Notes: generated from the sequence alone by a model not told the origin. Shown: positions 27,960 to 42,291, counted from the stretch's first letter. The stretch is DNA of 64,000 nucleotides from Paragordius varius (GCA_964247055.1 OZ176052.1:2542001-2606000), one strand, 5' to 3'. Program-made: numbers and translations.

Positions 27960-28660
27960 AGCACGAGGGAGCTAAATATGCTAGAAAAATAAGTAAGCGA
28001 TACTCTGACTCTCCCTTGTGCTGAAGACATGGTAATTCTAGCCAATTCACAAAAAACCTCGAAAACAGTCTTCCCACTCTAATAAATGTCTGCAAAAGTC
28101 CAATCTATCTAAATATCAGCAAAACTACATCAACGCATCCTATACCTATGATTTACTACGAATTAATATAGAAATGATCCAAATCGTCACGATAAATATC
28201 TGAGAACAAGTTTTAGCTAATAGGACAAGACGTATAGCTATGGCCAAATGTTTGGCTTAACATTGCAAATTATGGAAATCATGACATATATCTAAAAACA
28301 AAAATACATTAATAAACGCCAATTCCTATCATGTTATATGGCTGTGAAAGCTGGACCATTAAAAGTGATGACGAGAAAGGAATAAACGCTTTTGAAATGT
28401 TCCGCTGCAGAAAATACTTCATATAACATGGAAAAACAAAGTGAAGAACATTGATATTTAAACAACAATACACAACAACGCTTCGTGGTAAAATACCAAG
28501 ACAAAATTTGGTTATTTTGGACACATAATTTGAGAATATTCTTTGGAAAGGATATAATGTTAGGAAAGTAAATGGTAAAAGGTAGAAGCCGAAGACGTAT
28601 TCGTTGAATGGACGAAATATTTTCATTTTCCAAAATATCCCTTTAAAAAATATCTCTAAA
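27960..28660 (+). pseudogene. 5'-truncated RTE-clade non-LTR retrotransposon remnant
   Basis: Translates to IPIMLYGCESWTIKSDDEKGINAFEMFRCRK, matching the RTE ORF2 C-terminal motif, and to CAEDMVILA, a degenerate YADD motif. Many stops and frameshifts. Confidence 0.75.
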
Positions 28661-29289
28661 AGCCCATGACAAAACGAATAGAGTAAGTTTTCCTATAAAA
28701 TCGCTAACGGTCGATAACATAGTCGACAAATTTGTTTTTTCCACAACTCAAAATTTTGAATTTTGACTAATTTCAGTTTTTTAAAACCGATTTTAAAAAA
28801 AATTTACCCCCCAATCAGAATTTTGAGATATTAAGGGTTTTTCAATTTTTCAAAAACAAGGAAAAAAGACAGAAAATCAAATATTTATAATAAAGTTATT
28901 ATATTATAAAATTAATATCATTTAATAGAAGGTTTAAAATTCTATCTTTTGAATATTGATATGTCATTTAAATATCAGGGAAAAAAATAGTACTGGTAGA
29001 AACGTTAAAATTTAGTGTTTTTTTATAATTTTAAGCACGTTTAAATTTATATTAAAAAAATACTAAAAGAAAAATTTTTGGTTTTAACCTTCGGCTTTCA
29101 GATAGGCTATATTTATTTTGTTATTTTTTGTTATTTTTAGTACTTAAGAGTTTTTCTCTTCGGTTGATTTTAACAAAAAAACCTATTATTTTTACCAAGT
29201 GGGTATTATAATTTTGAAAATCATTGAATGCGGTATATTTTGAATTTCAGATGGATGTTGGGCAGCTACTTATTACCTGGGTGGTGGAT

Positions 29290-29600
29290 ATCTTTACCAC
29301 TTGTACTTATCTAATCTTCTTATCCGATTTAATAGTCGAATTTGTCTAACTCCATTCTGTGAATTGGTTAATTTGACATGTCAATTTCCCTGGATTTTGA
29401 TGACGCTAACTACGTTATATTCTCTGCAGGTCTCTCCTGCCGGGCTCTACGATCACATCATTGTATACCTTGGCCATATCTGGCATAATTATAGGATTAC
29501 TTGGGATTTTTGCAGAGCTTACACCATACCATACATTAGCCCTTTTGGATTTTTAATATTTTTAATTGTCAATACTTTGGCTATTAGCTTTTAATTTATA
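29290..29600 (-). mobile_element. GC-richer island, possible degenerate LINE 3' fragment
   Basis: Compositional shift and weak GRR/W-rich translated fragments only. Confidence 0.25.
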
Positions 29601-32310
29601 ATTCTATATTCTTAAAGTTTCGTATCATCTTTTATTTAATGCATTGAATTTTTAATTAATATATTCAATGAATGAAATATTTATTTATTTGTATATTGTC
29701 TATTTCTATGTCGAACAACAAGCCCGCTCGATAAGACGTATTTCTCGTGCAAAAGAGATAACAAAACTTCAGCAGCTATTTTGGGCAGTTTATATTTTAA
29801 AAAGATCGACGACATTTTTATAAAGTTCTATTATATGGATCATCAATAAATTTTCTGCAAAGTCTTCGTTAATAAAAAAATCTTCTGTGGTATCGTATAC
29901 TGGGGCTGGTATATTTGGATCATTTTTGCATTTTCTTCTAAAATTATAATGAAAAACCTGGCTTTAGAATACCGTTTAAATATTTGAATATATGTACACG
30001 AGGAATAATTGTTTTTTTAAATTTAATACAAAATTAAAAATTATATAAAAAAATCCTATTGGCTCAAATTTTTTGTTGTAGCCTTTCCATGGCATTAGGT
30101 CACAGAAAATGCAAAAAATGGGGTGGTGCAAAACCTTTTTGAGCAGTGTAATTACAAAACAATATAATGGTAAAATTAAATTAACTTCAGTATTTAATTT
30201 TACCAGGATTTTGGGAAATAATATTGCAAATCATAAAATTTATATTGTATAAAAACTCGCAATTTTTTTGCGGACCGGATTAAGGGTCGCACGATGGTGT
30301 TAGATACTCCTAGGCACCCTTCTGTTCTATGCTTAGAGTTTTTTATTACTATAAATAAGCTAGATATTTTGAAGCGTTTAGAGTAACATAAAAAATATGG
30401 CGCAAAACAAAATTAACATTCGTAAAAAAATAAAATTTTGGGCCATATGTTTTAAAAGCCCTTACGAATGAAAATATTTGCAAATATTTTTACAATTTCA
30501 AAAATAAAATTAACTTTGGCCAACTTGTTTACGGCTCGAAAAAATAAAAAAACACTTAATTCGAAGTTCTCTAGTTTAAACTACAAATAATATTTTTGCT
30601 TCTAAAATATTATCTTTGGACTTAATTTAATACTTAAAAAATTAATGGTTTTTGGCCATTAAATAATTTTTATAGTAAAATTCATAAACAATTATCGGAA
30701 ATATATAGTGAAATAAATTATAGTTATATTGTGTTAATTTTTAATGTACCATGTTTAACTAATAATGCCCATACTTTTTTTGTTTACTTGAATGCGGTTC
30801 GCCGGATTTTTGGATTCAAAAATTCGATCCACTAAACCGGGGGTTACAAAATTCCTCATCTTTCAAGGGCAATGCATAAAACCGACAAATGTGGCATAGC
30901 TGTTGGCCACATCTGCGGATCTAACTAAATACACCTAAAATATAATGAGGGCATAAAAGCATTTTTAAGGGTACCATTGCATTAAACCATTTGTGCTGAG
31001 AAATATCCTTAAAATACAACCGAACCAGAAAAACTCTATCTGCATAAATCTAAAGTTATGAATTTAATTAAACACATATCGCCTTTACTATATGATTTAT
31101 ATATAACAAATTATAATATATTACAGTTTACTGTAAAAAAGCAATTAAAAACTACGGTCACATAATTTAAACGATAAGATATAGAGCAAAAACACAAACC
31201 AATAAAATGGTCCACGTTAAATGCTTGTATATAAACATATCTTATTCTCTATCTGAAGACGCGCTTTAAAAATCCTGGGCTGCGATTCATGAAATCTTGT
31301 TATCTAGGAAAACTTGTATGATACTGATACAGAGGTATGATACAAATAAAACAAATTTTAATACCACCCACATTGATCTTTAAATTAAATCTATCCTATT
31401 GTATAAGTACAATACAAGGTTTTATGAACCAAAAATAGACTCTCTAATATTTCATAACTATTTGTTTTAATGCTTTTGTGTGAGCAACTTAAATAATATA
31501 GATGAGATCCAAAATATAGTATTATATAATATATTATATATCAAGTACACCAACATTTCTAGATTTTTTGGGACCAATTTTTACAAACTTTTGGAATCCA
31601 TTGGGCCGACATGTTTTCTAAAAATATATTTCAACATCAATATTATTTTAAAACTCCAATTTTCAAAAGGAGGGTTCAATATGGCTAATTCAAAAAGGGC
31701 TATCTCGGCGCAATAGTAAAACAATTACAAAAAATTATTGAATTCAGAATTGTATTTCAAAGTCAACGATGATTAGAAAAACCCTATTTTTTATAAGTGT
31801 GGAGCTAAACTAGGAGACCATAAAACAAGGGGCATAGTTAGTATCGTCGCATTCGTAAAACAAAAAAAAAGTACATTATTGAAATAAAATCAGAACAACG
31901 CTTTTCTAATCGCTTTTAAACTTAAAATTTTAAGAACTTCCACTTTTTTAATAAACCCGATTTTTACACAGGGTGGGCAAAACTTAGAACCTAATTAAAA
32001 AAGGGCTGAGTCATTGTCGGTGTATTTATATGATTCATAATTTTCACTTTGGAATTGGAATGCGCTTATACGTTTTTCCCTAAATGTCTTTCAGGGGGCA
32101 CACATCTTATTTTTATAAATATAGAGATATACCATTTTTGGCCAAATCATTAATAAAAGGCTTATATTATGCACACATACACCGGTTTATCTTAGAAAAG
32201 TACATTAATATTATAATTTTTTCTATACATGGTGCTAAATAAATTTATATGGAGAAGTGGTCAATAAAATGATTTTTTTAGAATGATAAAAATTATTTAA
32301 GTATTTATTT

Positions 32311-35300
32311 TTAAGGGCATTCATAAAGCCTTCCCGATATGTAGTTGAACATAGTATTAAAATTGTATGGTAAACTATTGTTGGAGTTTGTTGATTGGTT
32401 AGCTTGTAATTCTATCTTATATATTAAAGAATCATTGTAATCCCATCTATAATTTCTGATTTGATCCATAATAACAAGTTGTAAATTGTTTTGCCAGATT
32501 TTGTACTTGATATTTAAAAAAAATATTTGATAATAATTATATTAAAATATATATCATATATCACAAACGTCTAACCCTCGATTTTTAGATTCTACCCATC
32601 ATCGACTTGATCTATAAAATTGATAAAAGAGGTACACCTGAATTCGATATACTTTTTAGAGATATACTATCCGATTTTTGATAAGGTCATATGCCTCCCG
32701 TCTCAAACTCACCAATTTGTGGGTCGTTTCGAGCGTTAATCCAATGATTATCATATAATTTTTGTATATTTTTTAATATTTTTAATATGACTTAAGATAA
32801 TTATAATATTATATTATTTCATAATATATAATAAAGTAAATTAAAAAATCTATTTGGTTGTTTCTAAAAATAGCATGATGCGCGGATTATGAGCTATGTA
32901 TTTTACTATGGAAGTTGATATGACGGGGGTCCCCATGTTTTGTATTGATTCAAAGATACAATAAGTTATTGAAAAAAGTTATTAAATAATATGAATGTTA
33001 AATTATCAGTCATAGGCGACTGATACAATTATTAAACTAATTAATGCCTTTATTAAAGTAACAATTGAAAATCTACATACAGACCGTTAAAACTAAAAAT
33101 TTTTTTGAGACAACCATACTTTTTAAACCTTAATTCTTCGCCCCATTTCTTTAATTAAATTTGTGATATATAATTGATTGTATCACCATTCATTCTTATG
33201 TTTGCAAATTAAAACAATGAATTATATTAAATCAAGTTTAAAAAATTATAGCGGTATTTTAAAAAGAATGTCTTTATGTACATTTTGTTTGTATATGTTT
33301 ATTTCTATATACAAAAGAACCTTTGAACTTTCCTCAAGCGTAATTCCCCAGGTGTTATTTGTACTAATACTATATACGTATATGAAAATTTGTGAGCTGT
33401 TGACATCCAACCAATACTAAACATAAGATTATCAACCCATAAACATAATAAGCAGACAAAAAATATCTTAAACATATAGATATATATATTCTTTAAGACT
33501 ATGGTAATTATATGCAGGATTTATGATATATTAATATATGGCAAATTACGCAAATTGGGTCATATTTTTAAAACAAGGTGGCCTTCTAATGGTTTCTACC
33601 TCTATATAATAATAAGTTTTTACTTTTGGTAAAATATATAGTTTTGAAAGGGAATGAATTTTTTATAGATTATTGAACATCGGCGTCATATCGCCTATCC
33701 AGGTATTGTATGCCTAACAGGAAAACGATTGGCTTTTGCAGCGAACGATTCGCATTTTCCAACATCTTATAAATTAGAGAAGTGCTGCTCTGCCAGGGCG
33801 TGCCCCAGTGATGCAAAATTGTATTAGTCAGATGGCTCCGGGTCAGGATATTTCAAAGGATGCACCCATCAGCTATTTAAATTTCACTGGTTGATGTGGG
33901 AGGCGGAGCTTTGTCAAATAGCAAAATCACTTTGCCATGCTTTATGGCCAATTCCTGTAGTTTTCGATCTAGTTATATTTAAATTATCATTTGTGGTAAA
34001 AGCATTGTATGTTAGTTTCACCAGGTTTCAAAAATTTATTATGCAATATCGCTTTATTCCACCAGACATAGAGCAACATCTTCTTAGCAAAGAGATTTGG
34101 TATTGGTGTTTAACTAGCATTGGAAGCTGAAAGTCACGATTTTCTGTTTTTTTGCAAAATAAAGCCATTATTACCCTTCCCAATTTAAGGCAAATAGGAT
34201 TTCACAAGTCTTTGCAATTCTAGATTTGACGTTCAGTTAAATTGTGTGTTTTTGGTCTTTCCCATTGCTCGTAGACATGTAATACATATAATGCTTGTTC
34301 GTTAAGTTTAAGTTGGGTCTTCATCCAATAACTCTTGCACTTTAGCGCCTTTGCAGTTGTGTTTAGCAGAGCGCCACACTCTTTCATATGGAATATTTGA
34401 CACCCTGTTTCACATGTTTAAAACGATAGAGCATGTTTACCATATGTTTCTGTCGGCTGAGTCACAAAATTCGCATTGCAATGATAAATACGGTAGTTTT
34501 GGCGAGCTCAACTTATCTGTATTTTTCGTTTAATGTCAGATGAACAAATGTGTGCATCAACTCGTCTGCGTACTTCTCGCTGACGTTTTCTCTTAGTTAA
34601 ACCGGTATTAACGTATGACTACACCGGTATATGTACCTAAACCAGAGGTGTCCAGCATGCGGCCCTCATAAATATTTTTTGCGGCCCGCGGAAAAATTTG
34701 AACACACCAAAATAAAACATATATATCTATTGATTGTTAAGAAAGGGTTATTTTAAGGCAGTGCCATATTTATATATACCGCATATTAAACGTACATGGG
34801 ATTTAAGCACTATGGACTCTTTAGCATAAAAGAATCATTTTAAATTTGTTAATTTATCCAATTTCATAGACATAAACCATAAAGATAACTAAAATGCCCA
34901 TATTTTTCAATGCGGACGCCCCTAATCTAAACAATGGTATGATAAACTATCATATTTATGCTATTAAATAAAAGATAAAATATAATTTAATCTTTTAAAT
35001 TAATTTTTTTGCTCGTATGTAAAACAGCTTATTGTTTACATTTTTTTTAATTTGTCGCTCACATTGAGTATGTTTCATAAACAGATAAGCTTTTTTCTAA
35101 TGTATCATAGAAGAAGTGCTTATCAATGATATGCTTATAATAGCCGATAATATTTTTTGTTTGGTGAAAAGTTTTACATAGTATTGTGGGTCCAAAAAAA
35201 TATTTAACTTAATATATATATATATATATAATAATTAAAAACATTTGCTTTGTATTCGTAGGGAACTTTCATAACCGTCAAAAAGTAAAGATCTTTTAGT

Positions 35301-38300
35301 GAATAGTATTCTATGATCAACCATCTATAATTGACCAGCCTTAGTGTTGTATTTGCCTTGATGTATACCCACAAAACAGATTCTTGCATATATATCCCAA
35401 CATTCCTAACATACATATAAGTTTTAGCAACAACTTTTTAATCTTATTAACATTATTAATAAGTTTTAAATATAGTAATACTAACTTTACATATGTGTGA
35501 TTAATGTAGATATTGTAAATGCCATTGGAAAGAGTGTCCCATAAGCACACATCGCTTTCGATCACAAAGTAAATCTCTAAATATAAACAATTTTATATAA
35601 AATAAATAGCATCTAGATTTGATAAAAATTTATAATATGATATACCCATTGAATTATAAAATGTCTTTGGTGGATTCTGAAGTGCTAAAAATATATAGTA
35701 GTTTAGCTTATTTTAGGCTGGTGAAATTCAATAAAATTTAAATAAAAAGTTTATTTTAAATACATAAAAAATAAATTTGAGTATATTTATTGGTCCCTTT
35801 AGGAAATTCATTTACATGTTTCTTCTACAAGTATACCATTTGCAATTCAAATTCACCCTTGAACAATTCAAATTCACCCTAATAAATTATGTGTTTTCGA
35901 ACTAATATAACTCATCATTAAAAAGAAATATATTCTTATGGCATAATTTATTATTTTTTCAGTATTATATTAATTTTAAACGTAATTTTATTTTAAAATT
36001 TAAAAAATATAGGTAATTTTTATAAAAAATACATAATTTATTTTAGGGGGAATTTGAATTGTTCAAGGATGAATTTGAACTGTAAATGGTATATCATTGG
36101 TTAATTTCATAATTTTATTTTACGTTAGTCTATGTCCTTTTTCATAACCTCCTATTGTTTCATTAAATTTATTAAATGAAAACAATCAGCCCATCATCTA
36201 TGAGTTCTATAATCTATGATACCTAATGCTTCTTCAAATATCTAAATTTATGATTAAAATTATGTATGTTGCCTGAATCATATATTTTTTGAGATATCGT
36301 AAACTTTGCAACGTAATTTTTATTGCATTCAGTAATATAAACACGAGTAAAATACATTTTTTTATAAATAATTTTTAAATAATAGTTCTTGTTTGTAAAG
36401 ATATCAAAATACCAGGAGTATCACATGTAGCCAAAATACAATGGAAATTAATTATTTGTTTATCCATTCTATTATTTGGATCATCCAAAAAGATCAAATT
36501 TTTAATAGTAAGATTAGGCAGCCAGGATAAAATAGCGGGTTTTCTTTTATATAGCTTTAAAAGATTTCCGTATCTATAATATTCAATTAGATATATATCT
36601 CCCTTTGGCGTTTCAACGATGCGCACCTAATGTAAAATAAAAATGGCTAACACTTCAAATTCAGAAAATATATAATTTAATGATTTATTTTTCATTAAAA
36701 TAATTGATAATGTATTCTTAAACAATATACAACATTGACTATGATGGCACTATCTATAAGATTTTAAAATTTATACTAACTATGCTGTTTTATAACCGTA
36801 GCGAATTTTTTTGATATTTCAAATAATAATTATATTAATTACGGATTTCCAATTTTTATATAGGTTATTTCAATGAGTTTTAAGGAAAATATTTCCTTAT
36901 TATCAAATTTACTATAATTAATTTAAAAGTCTGAAAATATTGTTAAAATTTAAAAAATATACCTTGGTGAGATTTTTCGGGAACAAACTTTCATACCTCA
37001 TATAATTGTAGAAATAAAAACAATAATAATTTAATACATTGTTTGGACATAGGGCAAATAATTTGTCTTTTCGGTAAATGTCTACATAAAACTAGATAGA
37101 TTTATTTAAAAAATATTGCAAATGTTATTTTGGATAAAATCATTCAAACAATTTTTAACAAAAAACCTCTTCAATGCCCAAAACCTTTAATGCGTTTAAA
37201 TCGGAAAGCATTTTTTCAGAATAAGAAATCGTGTAGGTATCGAAGGTTTGGTTTACATCAATGTCACCTAGAGTGAAGTTTAATGAGGTTCTTCCGAGAT
37301 ATTTATACCTACCCCTGTAAGTGATTGTTAAGGCATTCTTAATTTTTACTAAATAGGCCATATGTTGAAATGCATAGGTTGAGCTAAACGAATAATTAAG
37401 TTGTTATATTTAATATTGAATAGTTGTAATTGATATACTGCGTCCAAAATCGAGGAGTACAAAAAATATCGTAATAAAATATATACTCTGATAGAAAAAT
37501 GTATCAGAATATCATGATCCTCTTGATTTTGGCCTGAGTGATATAAAAAAGTTTCTTATACTTTTAGGTAAGTGCTCGATATCAGAAAATGGCAAAATTT
37601 GCTTAAATTTATTAAAATAAATTTTTTGGTCAAAGCTAAATGCTTCCCAAAAATATAACTGAAATATATCATAAACTACCTATGAAAAGTAAAACAATAA
37701 TTTTCAAAAAAATACCCGAATATTTTCGCTCTTCTATATAATAGGTTAGTTCACTCGAAATAAACGCAAAAATGCTGGAATTGCGCGATAAAAATTTTAT
37801 ATCAAAAAATATATTTTTTAAAGTATAGATTTCACAGAAATTTAATTAGCAAAATTTTGTTGAAGCGTAGTACTTACTATTTTGATGCATAATAGAAACG
37901 GTTTAAAAAGCTTTATATCATAAAAACCTTCTTATTATTATTAAATAATACTCAACATTTCTTTTAGAATCGATATCTTCTTGGGTGAATATTTGTATAA
38001 AATTTGAATATCAACAAATTTTATAATCAAAATTCTGAGGTGATAGAAGTGTTCAGCATCATCGAGTTTTATAGAAAAGGTGTTTTAATAATATCTTAAA
38101 GCCTTTTTTTACCGTTTCCATCATAGTTCAAAATAGTATGAAGTACGCTTCAACAAAATTTAGTTAATAATTTAAAGTATATATTTTTTAAAATATTTTT
38201 AGTTGATATTAAAATTTAGCATATTTTTAAAATATTAACCTGAATTCTGGCGTTTTTGCGTTTATTTCAATAAAACTACTAGCCAATTTTAGAAAAGCTT

Positions 38301-39999
38301 GAAAATTCGGGACTTTCGGAGCCCACATCTAAAAATATTTTTTCAAAAGATGCTTTTTATAAGTAGTTTTTATTTTAGTGATATTTTTTGAAACCAACAT
38401 TTAACCTTCACCAAAAAAATTTTATTTTAAAAAATGCGTGGAAATTTCTCCATTTTTGATAGGGACCACTTACCACAGTTTAGAGAACATTCAAATATCA
38501 CTGTGTGCAAAAAAATTTAAATTTTTTTTCATGAGATAGTTTATGACCATTGTATTCATTTGCCGTAAAAATTTTTATTTGTTGACAACCTAATTTTTGA
38601 AGTATTGAAAGAAATTCGACAGGCAAAAAGTGAAAATTAAGGATAATTAAGGATAATTCAAAAAATAATGATAAAATTTGAAATATTATGGTTTATTATC
38701 ATTTTAGAATATATTATTAATAAATAAATAACCTTAAAACATATAGTTAGGAATCCTATAAAATGTCAGCCTAAAAGATGGCGTTTTACTTTTAAAACAC
38801 TCAAAAAACAAATTTTTTTTATGAAACTATATTAAAATATTTTTTTTAATTATTTACTAGCTAAATTCACTATTAAAATCTTAACATTTAAATCTTATTC
38901 AGTAAAAAATTTTATATATCAAAATAAAACCAAAAATATGGTTTTTATTTTTGCATTTTTTTGTCATCTGGTTTATGAGTGTATAAAAAATTTATACTGT
39001 TTTATTTTGGAATCTTACATGAATGGAAAATATTAGGCATATAATTTGTGCAAAATAGGATTTAATTGTAATATCAATCAACATTTCGTACAAATCCCAA
39101 TAAAAATATTAATTGTCTTAAATCAGATTTGTTACAGGGATTCGTAAGGATTGTTGGTTGATATTTCACTACTTTTAAGTCCTGTTTTTCATAAATTATA
39201 TACTTAATAATTCCCACTCATGTAAGATTCCAAAATTAAACAGTATAAATTTTTATACACTCATAAACCAGATGACAAAAAAATACAAAAATATAAACCA
39301 TATTTTTGGTGTTATTTTGATATATAAGTTTTTTTACTAAATATGATATGAATGTTAAGATTTTAAATAGTGAGTTTAGCTAGTAAATAATTAAAAAAAT
39401 TATTTTATAGTTTCATAAATTATTTTTGCATTTTGAGTGTGTTGAAAGTAAAACGCCATCTAAGCTGAAACTTTATAGGATCCCTAATTAAATGTTATTA
39501 GGCTATTTATATATTGAAAATATATCCTAAAATGATAATAAACCATAATATCTCATATTTCATTATTTTTCAAATTATCCTTAAATAACCTTAATTTTCA
39601 CTTTTCCGATTTCGAATTTCTCTCAATATTTCAAAAACTAGGTTGCCAACAAATAAAATTTTTTGGGGCATGAATACGCTGGTCATAAGCTATCTCATGA
39701 AAAAAAAATTTTTTTGTTAAAAAAAATTAACCATCTTTTTTGAACACAGTGATACTCGTAAAAGCCAAAACTAAATGCACCATTTGATCCTGATGCATTT
39801 TCCTATCAAAATATAAATATTTCAACAAATTATTTTTTTGTGAACACTGTTAAAGGATTACTATATAAATTAATATATAATATGTGTAAAACCATTCACT
39901 TATAAGGCAAAATTAGGAAGTACTTGTATACATAAGATAAGTTGTAAGGTTGTTTTATTTGTAGTGCGCATAAATATGAGGCATTATGGTATAAGTTAT
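32311..39999 (-). CDS. Paralogue C, complete from the second exon to the stop. Exons 39999-39924, 37383-37167, 37091-36963, 36626-36413, 35684-35646, 35576-35486, 35405-35243, 32505-32311.
   Basis: The spliced frame is open over 1124 nt and ends ...FNYISGRLYECP*. It has 12 N-X-S/T sequons and 7 Cys. Most similar to copy A. Confidence 0.87.
33550..34629 (-). pseudogene. Decayed mariner transposon (Mos1/mauritiana-like) in the last intron of paralogue C
   Basis: Fragments KKMLLYVWWE, KVILLFDKAP, YPDPEPSD*YNFASLGHALAEQHF (the YSPDLAPSDY region), and a Mos1-like TIR ending at a TA at 34628-34629. Left boundary approximate. Confidence 0.85.
34643..34924. mobile_element. hAT (Buster-like) MITE directly abutting the mariner end
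   Basis: CAGAGGTGTCC...GGACGCCCCTA termini; TSD ACCTAAAC / ATCTAAAC. Confidence 0.75.
35832..36093. mobile_element. Short R4 MITE in an intron of paralogue C
   Basis: TIR TATACCATTT(G/A)CA(A/G)TTCAAATTCA with the same 21-bp repeat as 25560-25950. Confidence 0.8.
37436..39850. mobile_element. Foldback element R2 interrupted by a full R1 element
   Basis: Start TACTGCGTCCAAAAT matches 53341. After the R1 insert the sequence resumes (ACTCGTAA..GCC...CCTGAT...TTTTTTGTGAACACTG) as in the right arm of 53341-54533. Confidence 0.75.
38499..39751. mobile_element. Intact R1 foldback element (~1.25 kb, almost entirely palindromic)
   Basis: CACTGTGTGCAAAAAA ... TTTTTGAACACAGTG termini; arms are reverse complements over about 600 bp; AT on both flanks. 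Confidence 0.85.
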
Positions 40000-41214
40000 C
40001 TATTTATGAGAAATTTTTAAGTAGTAGTTAAAAAATTTTAAATATTTTGTTATTTCAATGATGAAATCTATATAAAATCTATATAATACTAATTCCGATA
40101 GATTTTATATGCAGAACCAATAATAATCAAAAGTCAAATAATATAGTTTTTATTTCGATTAACGAATATTCATCTAAATATATTTTTATTAAAAAAATAA
40201 TTTTGACGTATAAATAGGCCTGATATTGTTGAAAAAATATAGTTTATGAAAAATTAATATCATTTATACTAATAATTTAAATCTAGAAGAATAAGTTGTC
40301 TACTCACTCAAAATCTATTATATAAATTATTTACATTTTATGTTTGGGTATTTAAAACATATATTTAATAGTCATATATTGGACGAATTGGCGCTACCAT
40401 CAGTGCATAAATCGAATCTTATAAAAAAATATTATCATATAATATTTGCATGATACTAAAAAAATTAAGGCTGAGGATTCGAGCTACTTATTTAAATGAA
40501 CCATAAGCTCCTGTGAAATATTTATTGATACAGTAGCGAGAGCTATTATACACCATTTCAGATAGCTAAAAAGGAATCTAATTTACAAGACTGTTTCCAG
40601 AATTTATCGTTTTGATTAGATACATTTAGAATTATGGATCTAAGAAAAGGAAATCTCAAACTAACATGGCAACAGACATGAATAAAAATTATTTTTATAA
40701 ATACAGAATTGCATATAATGATAGTGTTGTTACTGAAAAGTGGTTGGCCTTTGGAACATTTTGTTAATATCTAATCATTAAAAAACAATTTAATTATGCC
40801 TAAATAGACATTTCTATTGTGTATTTTATAAATATAATAAATTATTGCATTATATCAATCAAATTTTATATAAAATTTACTTTGTCCACGTGATTGTTCG
40901 GATGATTCAGATATATCTTTGTAGCCAGGTTGAAATTTACTTTTATCTAAGTTATTCGCTAACACTATAATATAAAATGTATCAAATTTTAGTGGGTTAT
41001 TTATACGGTTCGGAAGTGTTTTTACAAATGTCCGATGGACACATTAACGAAAAAATATGGATCGAAGGTCATAGACTTAAAAACAAAAAAAACTAAAAAT
41101 CCCTAAGTGCTAATATTTGAAAATATAAGTAGTTTTCATTTCTTCTATATATTTAACGGATAATAAACTAAAAAACGACGTGTTTAAATTTTTTTCTAGA
41201 TAAGGACACGTTAA

Positions 41215-42291
41215 TATTCACGAGTCATATACTTAAACGGTTTTGGTAAAACACAAAGGAAATATTAATTTTATATATCGGCTTCTATATATCTCGCACA
41301 TCTCTTAGTAGTATGTGAATGCCATAATATAAATGATTGTCTTTTGCGGCAAACCGCTTGTTAGCCACTTTCCAACGCTTCGAAATCAAAGAAGTGCTGC
41401 TTTGCACGATAAGACCCTTTTATGCGAAGACGTATTAGTCTTATGGTGCCAGGTCAAGAGAGCTCAGCAGTTTTGAAATTATCCAAGCAATTTCAAGTTG
41501 TTTCTCATGAAACGGATCTTAATCATGTCACTAAATAACTTTGCCATGTTTTGGCCAATTCCAATCGTTTTTTCGATTAATACCTGGTTCAATAGCGTTG
41601 TAAAACGTTTTTCCCGAGAAAGTCTAAATACACAATACCGACCGCCTTTGGTTCCAGCAGACGCAGAACATTGTCTGCCGTCATGAATCAGCTGAAAAAG
41701 TTAAAATATTTTTTCCTTTTGGATTTACAAAATAAAGCCATTTTTTATCACTCGTCACAATTTGATGCAAATTCCTTCGGTTACGTTGAGGCAGGATTTC
41801 ACAAATCACTTATTTACTAAATCAATCGTATTTTTCATTTGCAGATGCATACGATTGTTTTTTGTCATGTCATGCTTCCGCCAAGTGCAATTTTCATTTG
41901 AGCCATCCAATAACTCTTTCACATGATCGTCTTTTCATTTGTGTGGTCTACCAAAGCGCCCTTTTCAGTAAAATTAATTCTAAATTTTCAAGACCCTGTT
42001 TCACAGTTTGCTTTAATTGATGGATAATGATCATATGTTTCTACCAGCAAACGATGACTTTCACTATCTCATTTCATCTGGTGAAACAAAAATAGAAATG
42101 TATGCCGCAAATGTTCTTTTTCAGGCACTCAATTTACCATGATTACTGAGTGACAAAAATAAGACATTACCTTTTGGCGGATTTAAATAGTGTATGTTTG
42201 TACGTCAATGTAAAAAAATGGGGTGTCTATCAAAATATGAGTATCTGACGTCCTGATCAAACCGGTAATAACTTATAACCCATACCTTGTA
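41215..42291 (-). pseudogene. Second decayed mariner of the same subfamily
   Basis: Colinear with 33550-34629. AAKDNHLYYGIH fragment resembles the Mos1 C-terminus. Similar TIR CAAACCGGTAATAACTTATAACC..CCTTG|TA. Confidence 0.8.

Noticed and set aside
33891-34533. Plus-strand ORFs at 33891 and 34351 (also 41498, 28309, 27865, 7099)
   Set aside because: They are antisense or shadow frames of decayed mariner, RTE or hAT coding sequence.
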